Shown here: positions 47,380 to 55,987 of the stretch, piece by piece
Layout: each line of letters starts with the position of its first letter
Position numbering within the stretch: position 1 is the first letter of the stretch
Source: an uncultured Clostridia bacterium
GTDB taxonomy: Bacteria; Bacillota; Clostridia; Oscillospirales; Acutalibacteraceae
Assembly (NCBI GenBank): GCA_946407065.1
Contig: CAMJMQ010000015.1
Location: forward strand, 708 to 64,707
Reading direction: 5' to 3'
DNA length: 64,000 bases
The notes under the pieces: generated by a model
What the model was told of the DNA's origin: nothing
The model's input: only the letters and a program-made list of their open reading frames with translations
The model's database searches: none
Position numbers and translations under genes: made by a program

Positions 47380-47820
47380 ATGTCAGCGTGTACATTCTTC
47401 GGACATCGTGATTGTCCGAGCGGTATCAGGGGAAAATTGCAAGCAGAGATTGACCGGCTGATTTGTAATCATGGTGTCGAAACGTTCTATGTCGGCACGC
47501 AGGGCAGCTTTGACCGAATGGCGTATGCTGCTCTTGTGGAGTTTAGACAGCGGTACCGCTACATCAAGGTCTACCGTGTCCTCGCCTATATGCCGAAGCT
47601 GAGCGACATCGCGCAAGACCGCAGCGTGCTTGACGACACCATCCTCCCAGAGGGGATAGAGAACGCTCACCCGCGCTATGCCATCGTCATCCGAAACAAG
47701 TGGATGATCGACCGCAGCGATTATGTGATTGCCTATGTCACGCACACCTTCGGTGGCGCGTATCAGGCGGTTGAGCGGGCAAAGAAAAAGGGTAAGATTA
47801 TATTTGCGGTCGACCGTTGA
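47380..47820 (+). CDS. SLOG-fold DUF1273/YpsA-like protein, paralog 2
   Basis: CTFFGHRDCP ... FYVGTQGSFDRMA ... GGAYQAVERAKKKGKIIF. Confidence 0.65.
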   Translation: MSACTFFGHRDCPSGIRGKLQAEIDRLICNHGVETFYVGTQGSFDRMAYAALVEFRQRYRYIKVYRVLAYMPKLSDIAQDRSVLDDTILPEGIENAHPRYAIVIRNKWMIDRSDYVIAYVTHTFGGAYQAVERAKKKGKIIFAVDR

Positions 47821-47870
47821 CTTGTACCCCTTTCTATGGTAATGTCGTATGTCAATAAGGGGTTGATACT

Positions 47871-48137
47871 ATGACTATACTTGAAGATCTGTACTACGGA
47901 AACATTTCTCCGTGGAGTGATTACGAGCCGTGCCCCGAAGTGACGGTCGTCGCGGCAAAGAACGTGAAAACCATTGAGAAGCTACAGAGCTGCGTCACCG
48001 ATGATGAACAGAAAGAACTGCTTGAGAAGCTGATCAACGGTCACAGTGAGCTGACAGCCCTTACTGACAAAGACGCATTTCTCGCCGGATTCAAGCTCGG
48101 CGCTAAGGTGATGATGGAGATCCTAGCGAAACCTTAG
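47871..48137 (+). CDS. Hypothetical small protein
   Basis: 88-aa ORF with good coding look. No motif named. Confidence 0.45.
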   Translation: MTILEDLYYGNISPWSDYEPCPEVTVVAAKNVKTIEKLQSCVTDDEQKELLEKLINGHSELTALTDKDAFLAGFKLGAKVMMEILAKP

Positions 48138-48160
48138 CAGAGAAACAAGGGGTGTACAAT

Positions 48161-48553
48161 ATGTCGAAGTATATATGGCGGACGGATCTATACGAAGTCG
48201 TGGTTGACGCCGATGGAGAGTTTGTTGAGGCATACGAGCAATGGCTACCGCATCACACGACAATAGCAGAACTAATTTGTGCCTCATGGAACGAAATGCA
48301 CATGGAACAGTTTTTTGACGATGTGCTGAAAGACAATATCCAATCGGCGGTCATGCGTTGCAAACAAGAAAAGGAGACTGGTTACAGCGTAGCGGAGGTC
48401 ATCATCACCGGTGTCCCCGGCTTTCGTTTCAGCAGGAAACGAATAGGAATGATCGACGAACAACTGGTAGCGCAGATGGCAGACGGATGGGGCGAGGGAT
48501 TCTTCCATAAGCTGTTCACCGCACCGGACGGAACACGGTTTTATGTAGAGTGA
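48161..48553 (+). CDS. Hypothetical protein
   Basis: ATG behind AAGGGGTG. 130 aa. No motif named. Confidence 0.45.
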   Translation: MSKYIWRTDLYEVVVDADGEFVEAYEQWLPHHTTIAELICASWNEMHMEQFFDDVLKDNIQSAVMRCKQEKETGYSVAEVIITGVPGFRFSRKRIGMIDEQLVAQMADGWGEGFFHKLFTAPDGTRFYVE

Positions 48554-48632
48554 TTTATAATATGCAAAGCAGGTCAGGTGACGGAATGTCGTGCCTGACC
48601 TGTTCTTCGTTTAGTGCCTTTTTTTCAGCAGT

Positions 48633-49031
48633 TTATTCGTCGTCGGGTTCATCCCTGCAGACCTTCGCTCCACTGATGAGGGCGAGGTAGATATTGGTGT
48701 AGCGGTCACGCTCAGCGCCCTCACAGGATGCTATGCCCTCCAGATAGAACGCGATCGCCTCCGCACGGCTGTCCCATATTTGCTTCTGCCCGTAGGTGAT
48801 GACTGTGACCGGGTCGAGCTTCTTCACAACGTCCTCGCCGTAAACCACATTCAGCCCGCTACCGTTATCCCAATCTACCACCAGAGAGCCGATGGCGTCT
48901 ACCAATCTCACCGTGCCTCTCGTGCCGACAGGCGGCGCCTGAGGGTCATCCATGCTCACCAGTTCGACGCGCGTCACTGTGGGGAACTCTGCCTGCAGCT
49001 GACGCAGTTTTGCCTCGGACAACAGCTTCAT
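48633..49031 (-). CDS. DUF4314-like protein
   Basis: VELVSMDDPQAPPVGTRGTVRLVDAIGSLVVDWDNGSGLNVVYGED fits the DUF4314 pattern common on clostridial mobile elements. Confidence 0.55.
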   Translation of the reverse strand: MKLLSEAKLRQLQAEFPTVTRVELVSMDDPQAPPVGTRGTVRLVDAIGSLVVDWDNGSGLNVVYGEDVVKKLDPVTVITYGQKQIWDSRAEAIAFYLEGIASCEGAERDRYTNIYLALISGAKVCRDEPDDE

Positions 49032-49669
49032 TGGTCTGCCTCCTTTGCGCTCTTATAGGATGACGAACCCTCGAAGTTGCTCAGCAGGATCTTGCGGCTC
49101 TGCTTGAAATCGTCGCCGATGAACCCGAGCCTCAGTAGAAAACAGCGGAATGCATACTTCCCGTTCTCGGCCTCGTGTTCGGTGGGGCTGACGCGCTTCA
49201 GCTTGGCGGCTGTCTTGACCAGAGCGGTGACGAAATGTTGGTATGCCGTTTGCTCCACCGGGGTAGCGTTCGCGCCAAACCAAGGGAAATCGAAACCCTT
49301 GTCGGTCAGCTCAACAGGTAATTCATCCACACCTATCGCCTGCCTGATGAGCGTCTGCTTTGAACTGATCAGCGCGGTGAGTTTCTCATAGGTCTGCGGA
49401 CGGTCAAACTCCACAGGTACGCTGATGGTCATATCGCCCGGTTCAGCCTCAAAGCCCTCATCGTGGAGCAGATCAAGCAGACCCTCGACCATCTCGGTGT
49501 CGATGCTGTCGTCGAAGCTGAGAGCGCCCTCCCGTTCGATGGTGAAGCAGTCCACCCGATAAGCACAGCTCGGTACTCCCAAATACTTTGCGTCGCAGCC
49601 TGTGTAGGACGCGATGGTTTTGACGAGGCGCTTACGTTCCTCGCCCGTGACATGATAGTTGATTAACAT
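49028..49669 (-). CDS. Conserved mobile-element protein of unknown function
   Basis: Start trimmed to MLINYHVTGEERKRL behind AAAGGAGG. The C-terminus KYAFRCFLLRLGFIGDDFKQSRKILL recalls proteins annotated as virulence-related on clostridial conjugative elements. That link is recall only. Confidence 0.4.
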   Translation of the reverse strand: MLINYHVTGEERKRLVKTIASYTGCDAKYLGVPSCAYRVDCFTIEREGALSFDDSIDTEMVEGLLDLLHDEGFEAEPGDMTISVPVEFDRPQTYEKLTALISSKQTLIRQAIGVDELPVELTDKGFDFPWFGANATPVEQTAYQHFVTALVKTAAKLKRVSPTEHEAENGKYAFRCFLLRLGFIGDDFKQSRKILLSNFEGSSSYKSAKEADQ

Positions 49670-49857
49670 AATAAAACCTCCTTTGTTTCGGTGTGTGTAT
49701 ATTAGCGTCACAAGGGAGGTTTATCAATATGTATCGTACACAAAGATGAGCGGGGATATTTGGGTATGTTGGGTGGAAATATTCGTTCTTGCAATCAGGG
49801 CGGGATGTGTTATAATTTTGGTATATTTATTTGTCGAACGGGCAGGAGGAAAGAGAT

Positions 49858-50517
49858 ATGGCAGAGAAAGCAGGAGTGATCTACATACTGACGAATCCGT
49901 CGTTCCCGGAGTATGTCAAGATCGGATACGCGGATGATATCAACAAACGGCTGAGCCAGCTCAACCGCAGCGAGTGTATACCGTTTGCGTTCCGCGTGTA
50001 CGCGACCTATGAGGTTCCGTCGCGACTCTCCGACCTGAAGATCCATTCCATCATCGACAAGCTGAATCCTGATCTGCGCTCTGTAGAGAGTTTCAACGGC
50101 AAGAAACGTGTGAGAGAATTCTACGCCATGTCCCCGGAGGATGCCTATTCGATTCTGGAGGCGATCGCGGAGATCCACGGCTGCGGCGATAAGCTGAAGC
50201 TGATAGCGATGAGCGAAGAGGAGAAAACAGCTGAGCAGACGGCTCAGGAGATCGATACCGAAAGCTCCGAGCGTTTGTCAAACTTCTCGTTCACTAAGTG
50301 CCAAATCCCCATAGGCGCGACCATCACCTATGCATACGACGAAAGCATCACCTGCACCGTATGCGGTGAGAAGACGGTGGAGTATGAGGGCGGCACCTAT
50401 TCGCTCACCGGACTTGCCAAGCTACTCTCCGGCAAGAAGTATGCCGTCGCAGGCCCACGTTTCTTCAAGTACAAAGGCGAATGGCTCAACGATATCCGCC
50501 AGCGGCTGGGAGTGTGA
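49858..50517 (+). CDS. GIY-YIG superfamily T5orf172/MUG113-like protein with C-terminal DUF4357-like region
   Basis: GVIYILTNPSFPEYVKIGYADDINKRLSQLN ... REFYAMSPEDAYSIL. AGGAGGA RBS. Confidence 0.65.
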   Translation: MAEKAGVIYILTNPSFPEYVKIGYADDINKRLSQLNRSECIPFAFRVYATYEVPSRLSDLKIHSIIDKLNPDLRSVESFNGKKRVREFYAMSPEDAYSILEAIAEIHGCGDKLKLIAMSEEEKTAEQTAQEIDTESSERLSNFSFTKCQIPIGATITYAYDESITCTVCGEKTVEYEGGTYSLTGLAKLLSGKKYAVAGPRFFKYKGEWLNDIRQRLGV

Positions 50518-50581
50518 GTAATTCAATATTTCCCCATAAGAAGTGCATATAAATAATTGATGATATGGAGAAAAAGTTAAT

Positions 50582-51475
50582 ATGGATTGTAGTTTCAAGC
50601 AGTTAATAGATCAATTAAATAGAAGCCGGAAAATATATGATGATAACCGCGATAAAACAATACAGTCCTATTTGGAAGAATTTGGAATAATAGAAGATTA
50701 TATAAGTTTTTCTCTTAATTTAGGATGTCATCTTGATAGCTTAATTCCAGAACCAGAAAAGCCTTTCTTGCAATTTGCGCTTCTTCGAATACATGAACAA
50801 TCGTGTAAAGTATATCATGAAGCAACGATTCTTATGGAAAATGGTTCTGCCTCAGGTGCAATGGCACGATGGCGAACCCTTTTTGAATTATCCGTGGTCG
50901 CCAACATATTAGTTAAATATCCAGATTTAGCAAAAAAATATATAGAATACTCAAAAATAAGTGATTTCAAATTTGCAAACAAACTCAACAAATATCGCGA
51001 AAAACTTAATCTTACCCACTATAACATGGATGCTTATCCGCTAATAGAACAAGACTATAAAAAGGCAAAAGCTGAATATGGTTGGGAAGGAAGAAACTCT
51101 TATGAATGGGCAATAAATGACGATATTAAAAATCCCAATTTATTTACTTTAGCACAAAACATAGGGCAAGAGTATATGTATGCGTATGTTGATGAAGCTC
51201 ATATGTATAACCATCCTTCTCCCCGATACATTTTAAACGACCTCGGAGTTACTCCAACTCAACACGATGATCATATACGTTATCTGTTTTCTCCTTTTGA
51301 TTTGAATCTGCCTCTCCAATTAATTGTTATAAGTTTGCATCAGGTTAACTGTGCTTGTATTATAGGATACTCAGAATTAGAAACAGCAGATATTTCTGAG
51401 ATGACTGATTATTTGCATACGAATAATAACTACCCCAAAATGATGGTTTCTCTTATTGAAACCAAATGCGTTTAG
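50582..51475 (+). CDS. Hypothetical helical protein (possibly DUF5677-like)
   Basis: 297 aa. Strongly AT-rich relative to its neighbours. RWRTLFELSVVANILVKYPDLAKKYIEYS recalls DUF5677. This is a weak, recall-only assignment. Confidence 0.35.
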   Translation: MDCSFKQLIDQLNRSRKIYDDNRDKTIQSYLEEFGIIEDYISFSLNLGCHLDSLIPEPEKPFLQFALLRIHEQSCKVYHEATILMENGSASGAMARWRTLFELSVVANILVKYPDLAKKYIEYSKISDFKFANKLNKYREKLNLTHYNMDAYPLIEQDYKKAKAEYGWEGRNSYEWAINDDIKNPNLFTLAQNIGQEYMYAYVDEAHMYNHPSPRYILNDLGVTPTQHDDHIRYLFSPFDLNLPLQLIVISLHQVNCACIIGYSELETADISEMTDYLHTNNNYPKMMVSLIETKCV

Positions 51476-51588
51476 TAAGTTTTAACTTTGATTCTTTAAT
51501 CCTGTATGTATTGCAAACTGACATTTAAATGCAAGAGCTATTTACAAAGAAATTCCAACTAGCATGATTAGACATAGGGGAAAAAGAT

Positions 51589-51975
51589 ATGATCGAAGTA
51601 GTAGCAGCGCTGATATGGGATGGGGAAAGTTTCCTGATCTGTCAGCGGCCGGCGCATAAGGCGCGAGGATTATTATGGGAATATGTTGGCGGAAAAGTTG
51701 AAGCTGGTGAAACAAGGCAAGAGGCGCTCATTCGGGAATGTCATGAAGAACTGGGAGTGACTATCACCGTAGGAGATGTCTTTATGGATGTGATACACGA
51801 ATACCCCGATATCACCGTCCACCTGACGTTGTTCCACGCTGAGATCACCGAGGGCACGATTCAGCTTTTGGAGCATAACGCCGTCGCTTGGATCAAACCC
51901 GCAGAGATCCCGGACTATGAATTCTGCCCGGCAGACAAGGATATCAACGAGAGAATCATGTACGGTGAGAACTGA
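51589..51975 (+). CDS. NUDIX hydrolase (MutT-like)
   Basis: Nudix box GGKVEAGETRQEALIRECHEELGV. Confidence 0.85.
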   Translation: MIEVVAALIWDGESFLICQRPAHKARGLLWEYVGGKVEAGETRQEALIRECHEELGVTITVGDVFMDVIHEYPDITVHLTLFHAEITEGTIQLLEHNAVAWIKPAEIPDYEFCPADKDINERIMYGEN

Positions 51976-51995
51976 TAGAAGCAGGAGGTTCGGAT

Positions 51996-52532
51996 ATGTC
52001 GCGATTCATTGTGTTTGACGTGGAAACGCCGAACCGATATAACAACAGAATGAGCGCCATCGGCATCGCTGTGGTCGAGGGCGGTGTGATCGTTAACGAG
52101 TATTACTCTCTCGTCGATCCGGAACAGCCCTTCGATTATTTCAACACGCGCCTCACCGGTATCAGCGAAGAAACGGTCATAGGCGCGCCGACCTTCCCGG
52201 AGCTTTGGGAGAGGATCGAGCCGATGTTTTCAAGCGGTCTGCTCGTGGCGCACAACGCCGTGTTCGATATGGGCGTGCTGAAGAAGTGCCTGCGCGATTA
52301 CGGGATCGACTGGCGGCCGTATGTGCGCTACATCTGCACGGTGCAGATGGGCAGACGGCTGCTCCCCGGCATCAGCCACAAGCTGAACGATATGTGTGAC
52401 TATTACGGCATCTCTCTTAGCCACCATCAGGCTGACAGCGACAGCCGTGCCTGCGCCGAGATTCTGTTGCACTATTTAGATGAGGGAGCCGACGTCAGGC
52501 AGTACATAAGGACTTGCTCGCTGAACAAGTGA
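51996..52532 (+). CDS. DnaQ-like DEDDh 3'-5' exonuclease
   Basis: FIVFDVETPN (Exo I), VAHNAVFDMGVL (Exo II), HHQADSDSRACAEI (Exo III with His). Confidence 0.8.
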   Translation: MSRFIVFDVETPNRYNNRMSAIGIAVVEGGVIVNEYYSLVDPEQPFDYFNTRLTGISEETVIGAPTFPELWERIEPMFSSGLLVAHNAVFDMGVLKKCLRDYGIDWRPYVRYICTVQMGRRLLPGISHKLNDMCDYYGISLSHHQADSDSRACAEILLHYLDEGADVRQYIRTCSLNK

Positions 52533-52689
52533 TGTTCACTTGTTGTTTATTTGTTGTTTATCGCGGCGAAAAACCGCAAGATACTGCAATAGACTACAAA
52601 ATGGTCATCGCTCAGAAACGGCTTAGACAAGCCATTATTTGAGATTGCCGAAGATTACGGCGAGGTTGATTCGCCATTCGAAACTGAAA

Positions 52690-52740
52690 GAGGGTGCATG
52701 AGGGTGCATTTTTCGCCTCAGAGGGTGCATGAGGGTGCAT
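52690..52740 (+). repeat. Four GAGGGTGCAT units (two tandem pairs)
   Basis: GAGGGTGCATGAGGGTGCAT at 52690-52709 and 52721-52740, separated by TTTTCGCCTCA. Confidence 0.8.
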
Positions 52741-52842
52741 TGTATCAATCATTCAGTCTATTGCCATCGTCGTCGCAAACGTCGCTTGTTTGCGGCGATT
52801 TTGCTTTATATGGCAAAAATCGCCGCTGACTGCGCTTTGTTG

Positions 52843-52883
52843 CTCCTCCTCTCCCCAAAAAGCAGGGCTTTTCGGGGATCCCG
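52843..52883. repeat. Family 2 short repeat
   Basis: CTCCTCCTCTCCCCAAAAAGCAGGGCTTTTCGGGGATCCCG lies immediately before the right-hand 40-nt direct repeat. Confidence 0.65.
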
Positions 52884-53130
52884 TGTCCGCATGGATAAGC
52901 CACTTTTGAGCCTACCCATGCGGTTCTTATTTTGCAAAAAGCGATTTGATGTTTATTTGATGTTTATTTTGATGTTTACAGGTTATCAGAAATGGCTTTA
53001 GAAAGCCAAAAACTACGAAAAGTTTGTTGCTTATTTACATGTAGAATTTACCTTATACTAAGTAGCAATAAAACACATCGGATCAATGTAACATCAGAGT
53101 AATAGGGTAATGGATTTCTCGATATAACAA

Positions 53131-53601
53131 TCAGCTTGTTATCATCACGATATCGCGTTTCTTTTTTCGTGCGTACTCGATGGTTTCTTTTGTATCGCCG
53201 GGCGCGCCCGTATAGACAGCGATCAAGCGGGATGCACGGTCAACCATCCAATGACTACGGTCAAGGAATGGTCTCTTGTCCGGGTGATCGCTGATATAAT
53301 ACACCAATTCAGATCGGGATAGGACATAATAATACCGTTCCTTCCAATCTGTTTCCCAATCTTCTTCCATACCGCGAAAGGCGCAGGCGGCAATCAGACG
53401 GATTTGTCGGTCTTTGTCGATGAGTTTCAAAACCGCCTCGGCAGCCCACAGATCGACGCCGAGCTGCATCCCGGTAATAAAGTCCGTGTAGCCTTCGTCT
53501 GCCGCACGTTCAATTTGCTCTTCAAGCCACTGTATCACTTGTGCTTGAGGTATCGCAAGGTGTTCCGGCCTGTGTCCTGTGAAGGTACAAGTATGTTTCA
53601 T
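53131..53601 (-). CDS. SLOG-fold DUF1273/YpsA-like protein, paralog 3
   Basis: CTFTGHRPEHL ... FITGMQLGVDLWAAEAV ... GDTKETIEYARKKKRDIVMI. Confidence 0.7.
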   Translation of the reverse strand: MKHTCTFTGHRPEHLAIPQAQVIQWLEEQIERAADEGYTDFITGMQLGVDLWAAEAVLKLIDKDRQIRLIAACAFRGMEEDWETDWKERYYYVLSRSELVYYISDHPDKRPFLDRSHWMVDRASRLIAVYTGAPGDTKETIEYARKKKRDIVMITS

Positions 53602-53615
53602 ATCAATTACCTCCG

Positions 53616-54359
53616 TTAAAAACCAATTGCCGTTCTGGTCGGTTTATAAGTCTTAGCCGCGTTGATGTCAAAATCCGACGCACAAAGGGTTGAGATAATC
53701 TTTTTATCAAAAGCCTCGTTTTTGTGTTCGCTGACAATGCGTGACGACTGCTTGATGATCGCCTGCTCCAGCACGTTGCGGACAAATCCGCCGTTGCCGA
53801 ATTCTGTGTTTTTACTTGCGTTCTCAAAGATTACACGGCACTTTTTCTCTGCCTCTTCGTCGAGCATATATCCCTTTTCCTTGCTCATCAACTTTAAGAT
53901 GTCACAGAGTTCTTCTGCGTTATAATCGGGGAAATCAACATGAAAAGCGATGCGGCTGCGAAGGCCCTCGTTCTTCTCGAGGAATCGTTCCATCTTATCG
54001 GGATATCCGGCAAAGATCACGATCACATCATCACGGTAGTTTTCCATCATCTGAACGATCGTGTTGATCGCCTCGTCACCGTATAAGCCTTCTTTTTCAA
54101 CAAGAGAATACGCTTCATCAATAAACAGGATCCCGCCTCTGGCTTTCTGAAACTGTGCTTCAACCTGTTTTGCGGTCCAGCCGACATATCTGCCCACCAG
54201 ATCCTGACGTCCACATTCGATGAACTTGTTCGTTCCCGGCACATGTTCATCATAAAGGATAGAAGCGAGGAGCCTTGCGACCGTTGTTTTTGCGCTCCCC
54301 GGGTTGCCTGTAAAGATCATATGCTTCGACGAGATCGCCGAGGATATACAGCCTGTCAT
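53616..54359 (-). pseudogene. SpoVK/CbbX-type AAA+ ATPase, N-terminally truncated
   Basis: Walker A FTGNPGSAKTTVARLL and Walker B ILFIDEAYSL are present. Only ~13 codons precede Walker A, and those are an alternative frame of the phosphoesterase fragment. Confidence 0.6.
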
Positions 54360-54438
54360 CTTCTTTGAGATCCAAGCGTTGTATCAGCCTCAGGTATTGG
54401 TCATAGCAGCCGTGAATATCCGATGTCACATAAATCAT
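54250..54438 (-). pseudogene. Metallophosphoesterase N-terminal fragment
   Basis: MIYVTSDIHGCYDQYLRLIQRLDLKEDDRLYILGDLV carries motifs I and II only. The frame then reads out-of-frame AAA+ sequence. Confidence 0.6.
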
Positions 54439-54688
54439 AGAGCGCCTCCCGAATCAAAAATTCTGTTGATCATGTCATCTGTTTTGTATATATAAAATAC
54501 CATAATCCGTGGACCTATTTCGGGTCATTATTTCGGGGCATAAAGAAACAGAGCAGCAGCGAGTCGCTGCACCCGGTTCCGCCTTTTGGCAGGTAACAGT
54601 TGAATGTTACGCTCCAGCAACGGCGGGATAGACGCGACATAAAAACAGAGCAGCGTGTGCTGCTCTGCGAATGCTAATATTATTCTTT

Positions 54689-55444
54689 TTATCTGCACGC
54701 ACTCTTTTTGTTTCCTGTGAAAAGATGTCCGTAAACCCACAGTGCACGATCAATATCCCTGTCAGTTTTCCATTTATCGCCGAAGATTTCGTCGAGCATC
54801 CCAATATATATCGCCATTTCATTTTCCATGATATTTGAGAATCTTTTGGATTGTTTGTCCGGAAGATCAATGAATTCGACCTCAACACCAACTTTTTCTC
54901 CGACTTTGGGTGCGGTATTCCCTTTTATTGCTGAAAGTGCCTTCATAGCAAATTGATCGAAAATCGGATATTCTGCCTTAGATAGAAAATACAGCAGGGT
55001 GACCAAATATACGGAACCCATTCCTCTATACTCAGGCTTATTAATTGTATTCAGCAATCCTTGAGGATCTTCTTTGGCAATCTTTTCCAGCCCTGTAATT
55101 TCACTCGTAATATCATGTGCAATAGTATCAAGAGGAAAAGGTCTAGAATAACGTGTTGCGCTAAGCTGTTCGGCATTTACCCAATCGCTTGCATATATGA
55201 ATTTTTTATTATCCTCACTTTCCTTATGCCTGATTTTTCCGATCTTCCACGCAAGGATTCTGGCTACGTCAGGCTCTGTCTTGATACCTTTATCTAAGAT
55301 ATCAGTTATTACTTTTTCTACGTATGCACTACTACGCCTAAGACCGGGAACAAGACCCTTACCAGACAAAAAATAGTCCTTGCTGTAATCGTTTACAAAC
55401 TTTTCAAGACAGATTTCTTTTCCTTTAACATCAAAAAACTTCAT
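54689..55444 (-). CDS. Hypothetical protein
   Basis: Start trimmed to MKFFDVKGKE behind GGAAAGGTG. 251 aa, relatively AT-rich. No motif named. Confidence 0.45.
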   Translation of the reverse strand: MKFFDVKGKEICLEKFVNDYSKDYFLSGKGLVPGLRRSSAYVEKVITDILDKGIKTEPDVARILAWKIGKIRHKESEDNKKFIYASDWVNAEQLSATRYSRPFPLDTIAHDITSEITGLEKIAKEDPQGLLNTINKPEYRGMGSVYLVTLLYFLSKAEYPIFDQFAMKALSAIKGNTAPKVGEKVGVEVEFIDLPDKQSKRFSNIMENEMAIYIGMLDEIFGDKWKTDRDIDRALWVYGHLFTGNKKSACR

Positions 55445-55702
55445 AGTATATTCACCTTTCCTTATTCTGATATTTCTCCAGCCCCGCACTCAGGATATCG
55501 AGAATATTCATGATAATCAGTTTTTTAGGCTGTTTTGCATACATCGCGCACACTCCTTCTGCCAACTGCTGTTATTATAATACCATAAGTCTTGACCCAA
55601 AAACAACCCAACATTTTTGATAGATTATTCTCACGGGATTTGTTGAAATGTGATAGGACGCACGGTATGATTAGAATAACCTTTCAGGCCGGAGGTCGGA
55701 TC

Positions 55703-55825
55703 ATGAAATTACATCTTTCAAAATCAAAATACTGTAACGCGGTACAATGCCCGAAGATGCTGTGGATGCAAACCAACCGTCCCGAACTTTTCGATGATTC
55801 GGTGATGAACCAAGACGCTGTGCCG
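55703..55825 (+). pseudogene. DUF2779-like N-terminal fragment
   Basis: MKLHLSKSKYCNAVQCPKMLWMQTNRPELFDDSVMNQ behind GGAGG matches the conserved N-terminus of DUF2779 proteins. Similarity is lost after about 40 codons. Confidence 0.45.
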
Positions 55826-55987
55826 CGGCGGCAACGTCTGCGACTTCCGCTTTGTCCGTCATACTACCGATGCGGGCGACGGCCGGGAGCGCACAAAAAG
55901 CATATGAGTAAATCTGAAAACTCCCGACCGCCAAAACGACCGGGAGTTTTTTATAACAGATATGTGACGGTTCCCTGCCCTGATCGG

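Larger units (their letters stand above)
40103..52925. mobile_element. Degenerate integrative element bounded by near-identical ~40-nt direct repeats
   Basis: CCGCATGGATAAGCCATTTTCTAGCCTACCCATGCGGTT (40110-40148) versus CCGCATGGATAAGCCACTTTTGAGCCTACCCATGCGGTT (52887-52925). Both are followed by GATGTTTATTT-type repeats. The interior carries an integrase remnant, XRE repressor, Xis-like gene, primase/helicase and cargo. Confidence 0.55.
20500..55950. mobile_element. Composite mobile/defence island (several integrative-element remnants in tandem)
   Basis: Housekeeping content stops after carB. The region contains three tyrosine integrases, two tRNA 3' fragments, repeated end-like sequences, an R-M system, TA remnants, replication genes, AT-rich cassettes and gene fragments. 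Core-like genes resume at the dockerin protein. Exact outer borders are not determined. Confidence 0.7.
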
